Assembly (NCBI GenBank): GCA_964016885.1
Contig: OZ024740.1
Coordinates: 206,088,001 to 206,152,000 of the forward strand
Direction of reading: 5' to 3'
DNA: 64,000 bases
DNA from: Eledone cirrhosa
Taxonomy: Eukaryota
Part shown: positions 63,515 through 64,000 of the stretch, one piece after another
Numbering within the stretch: the first letter of the stretch is position 1
Layout: each line of letters opens with the position of its first letter
The notes under the pieces: model-generated
Told to the model about the DNA's origin: nothing
What the model saw: the letters and a program-made list of their open reading frames with translations, nothing else
The model's database searches: none
Translations under genes and position numbers: made by a program

Positions 63515-63619
63515 CTCAGCAGCATTTTGATAAAGATCACACTTGGCTTTTTCAAATAAAGCATATTTTTCCTGGGTGACCTTTATAAGATGATGCTTCT
63601 GAACATTTGAGAATTCCAT
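63515..63619 (-). CDS. NCOA4: NCOA4-like first coding exon (exon starts at 63672 with 5'UTR)
   Basis: Acceptor ttttccag| at 63673; in-frame TAG upstream of the ATG; MEFSNVQ..LYQNAAE |gtaagt. Confidence 0.8.
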
Positions 63620-64000
63620 TTGGTTAATTTTCTAGAATATTAATGGTGATGGACTCTTAAATGCAGAATAACCTGGAAAAGAAATATGTTGTCATTAATT
63701 AGACAAACAATAAATAAATTGTGATGATTACTTAAATGTTTCAATTATATTTATTTAATTTCAACAGTTTGGATAGTTCTGGAAAATCAGCTGAATGAAT
63801 TGCCAACAAATAACATGCTTAGGGGTATGAGATTTTTTTGTACATTTTTTGGAAGAAGGGGAAGTGTCAATGACCTTTGCAGGCCCTCTAAGACTAGTGA
63901 GATTGATGCCATTGCTGTTTAAAACACTAGTTTCAAATAAACCATTAAGTACCAATAAGAAGTACTGTATAAGCTATTAGTGTTTCCTTTTTATTAGCCA

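Overview
AT-rich metazoan genomic DNA; the repeat families suggest an octopod cephalopod (inference). Two convergent intron-rich genes flank a repeat-rich middle. (1) On +, 14 phase-consistent exons (1240-27192) encode the C-terminal half of a SORL1/SorLA-like receptor: 3 LDLa repeats, FN3 domains, a TM helix and a YASSHY tail. Its last exon was not found, and a 200-N gap follows at 28991-29190. (2) On -, six coding exons (63619-54831) give a complete ~565-aa NCOA4-like protein. Between them (29349-43021) is a tandem array of ~2-kb units. Each unit carries two intron-containing tRNA genes, tRNA-Ile(UAU) and tRNA-Lys(UUU), plus two tail-to-tail RTE LINE ends and a hypervariable (GAA)n tract. 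The array ends in a deleted unit, a CRE-like retroelement relic at the tRNA-Lys position and an orphan tRNA-Ile pseudogene. Other elements: a ~45-bp satellite that reiterates a SORL1 splice donor, a Buster-type hAT with a perfect 8-bp TSD, a young 5'-truncated RTE with a PHD finger, a solo LTR, a Helitron/DINE-like element, SINEs and MITEs.
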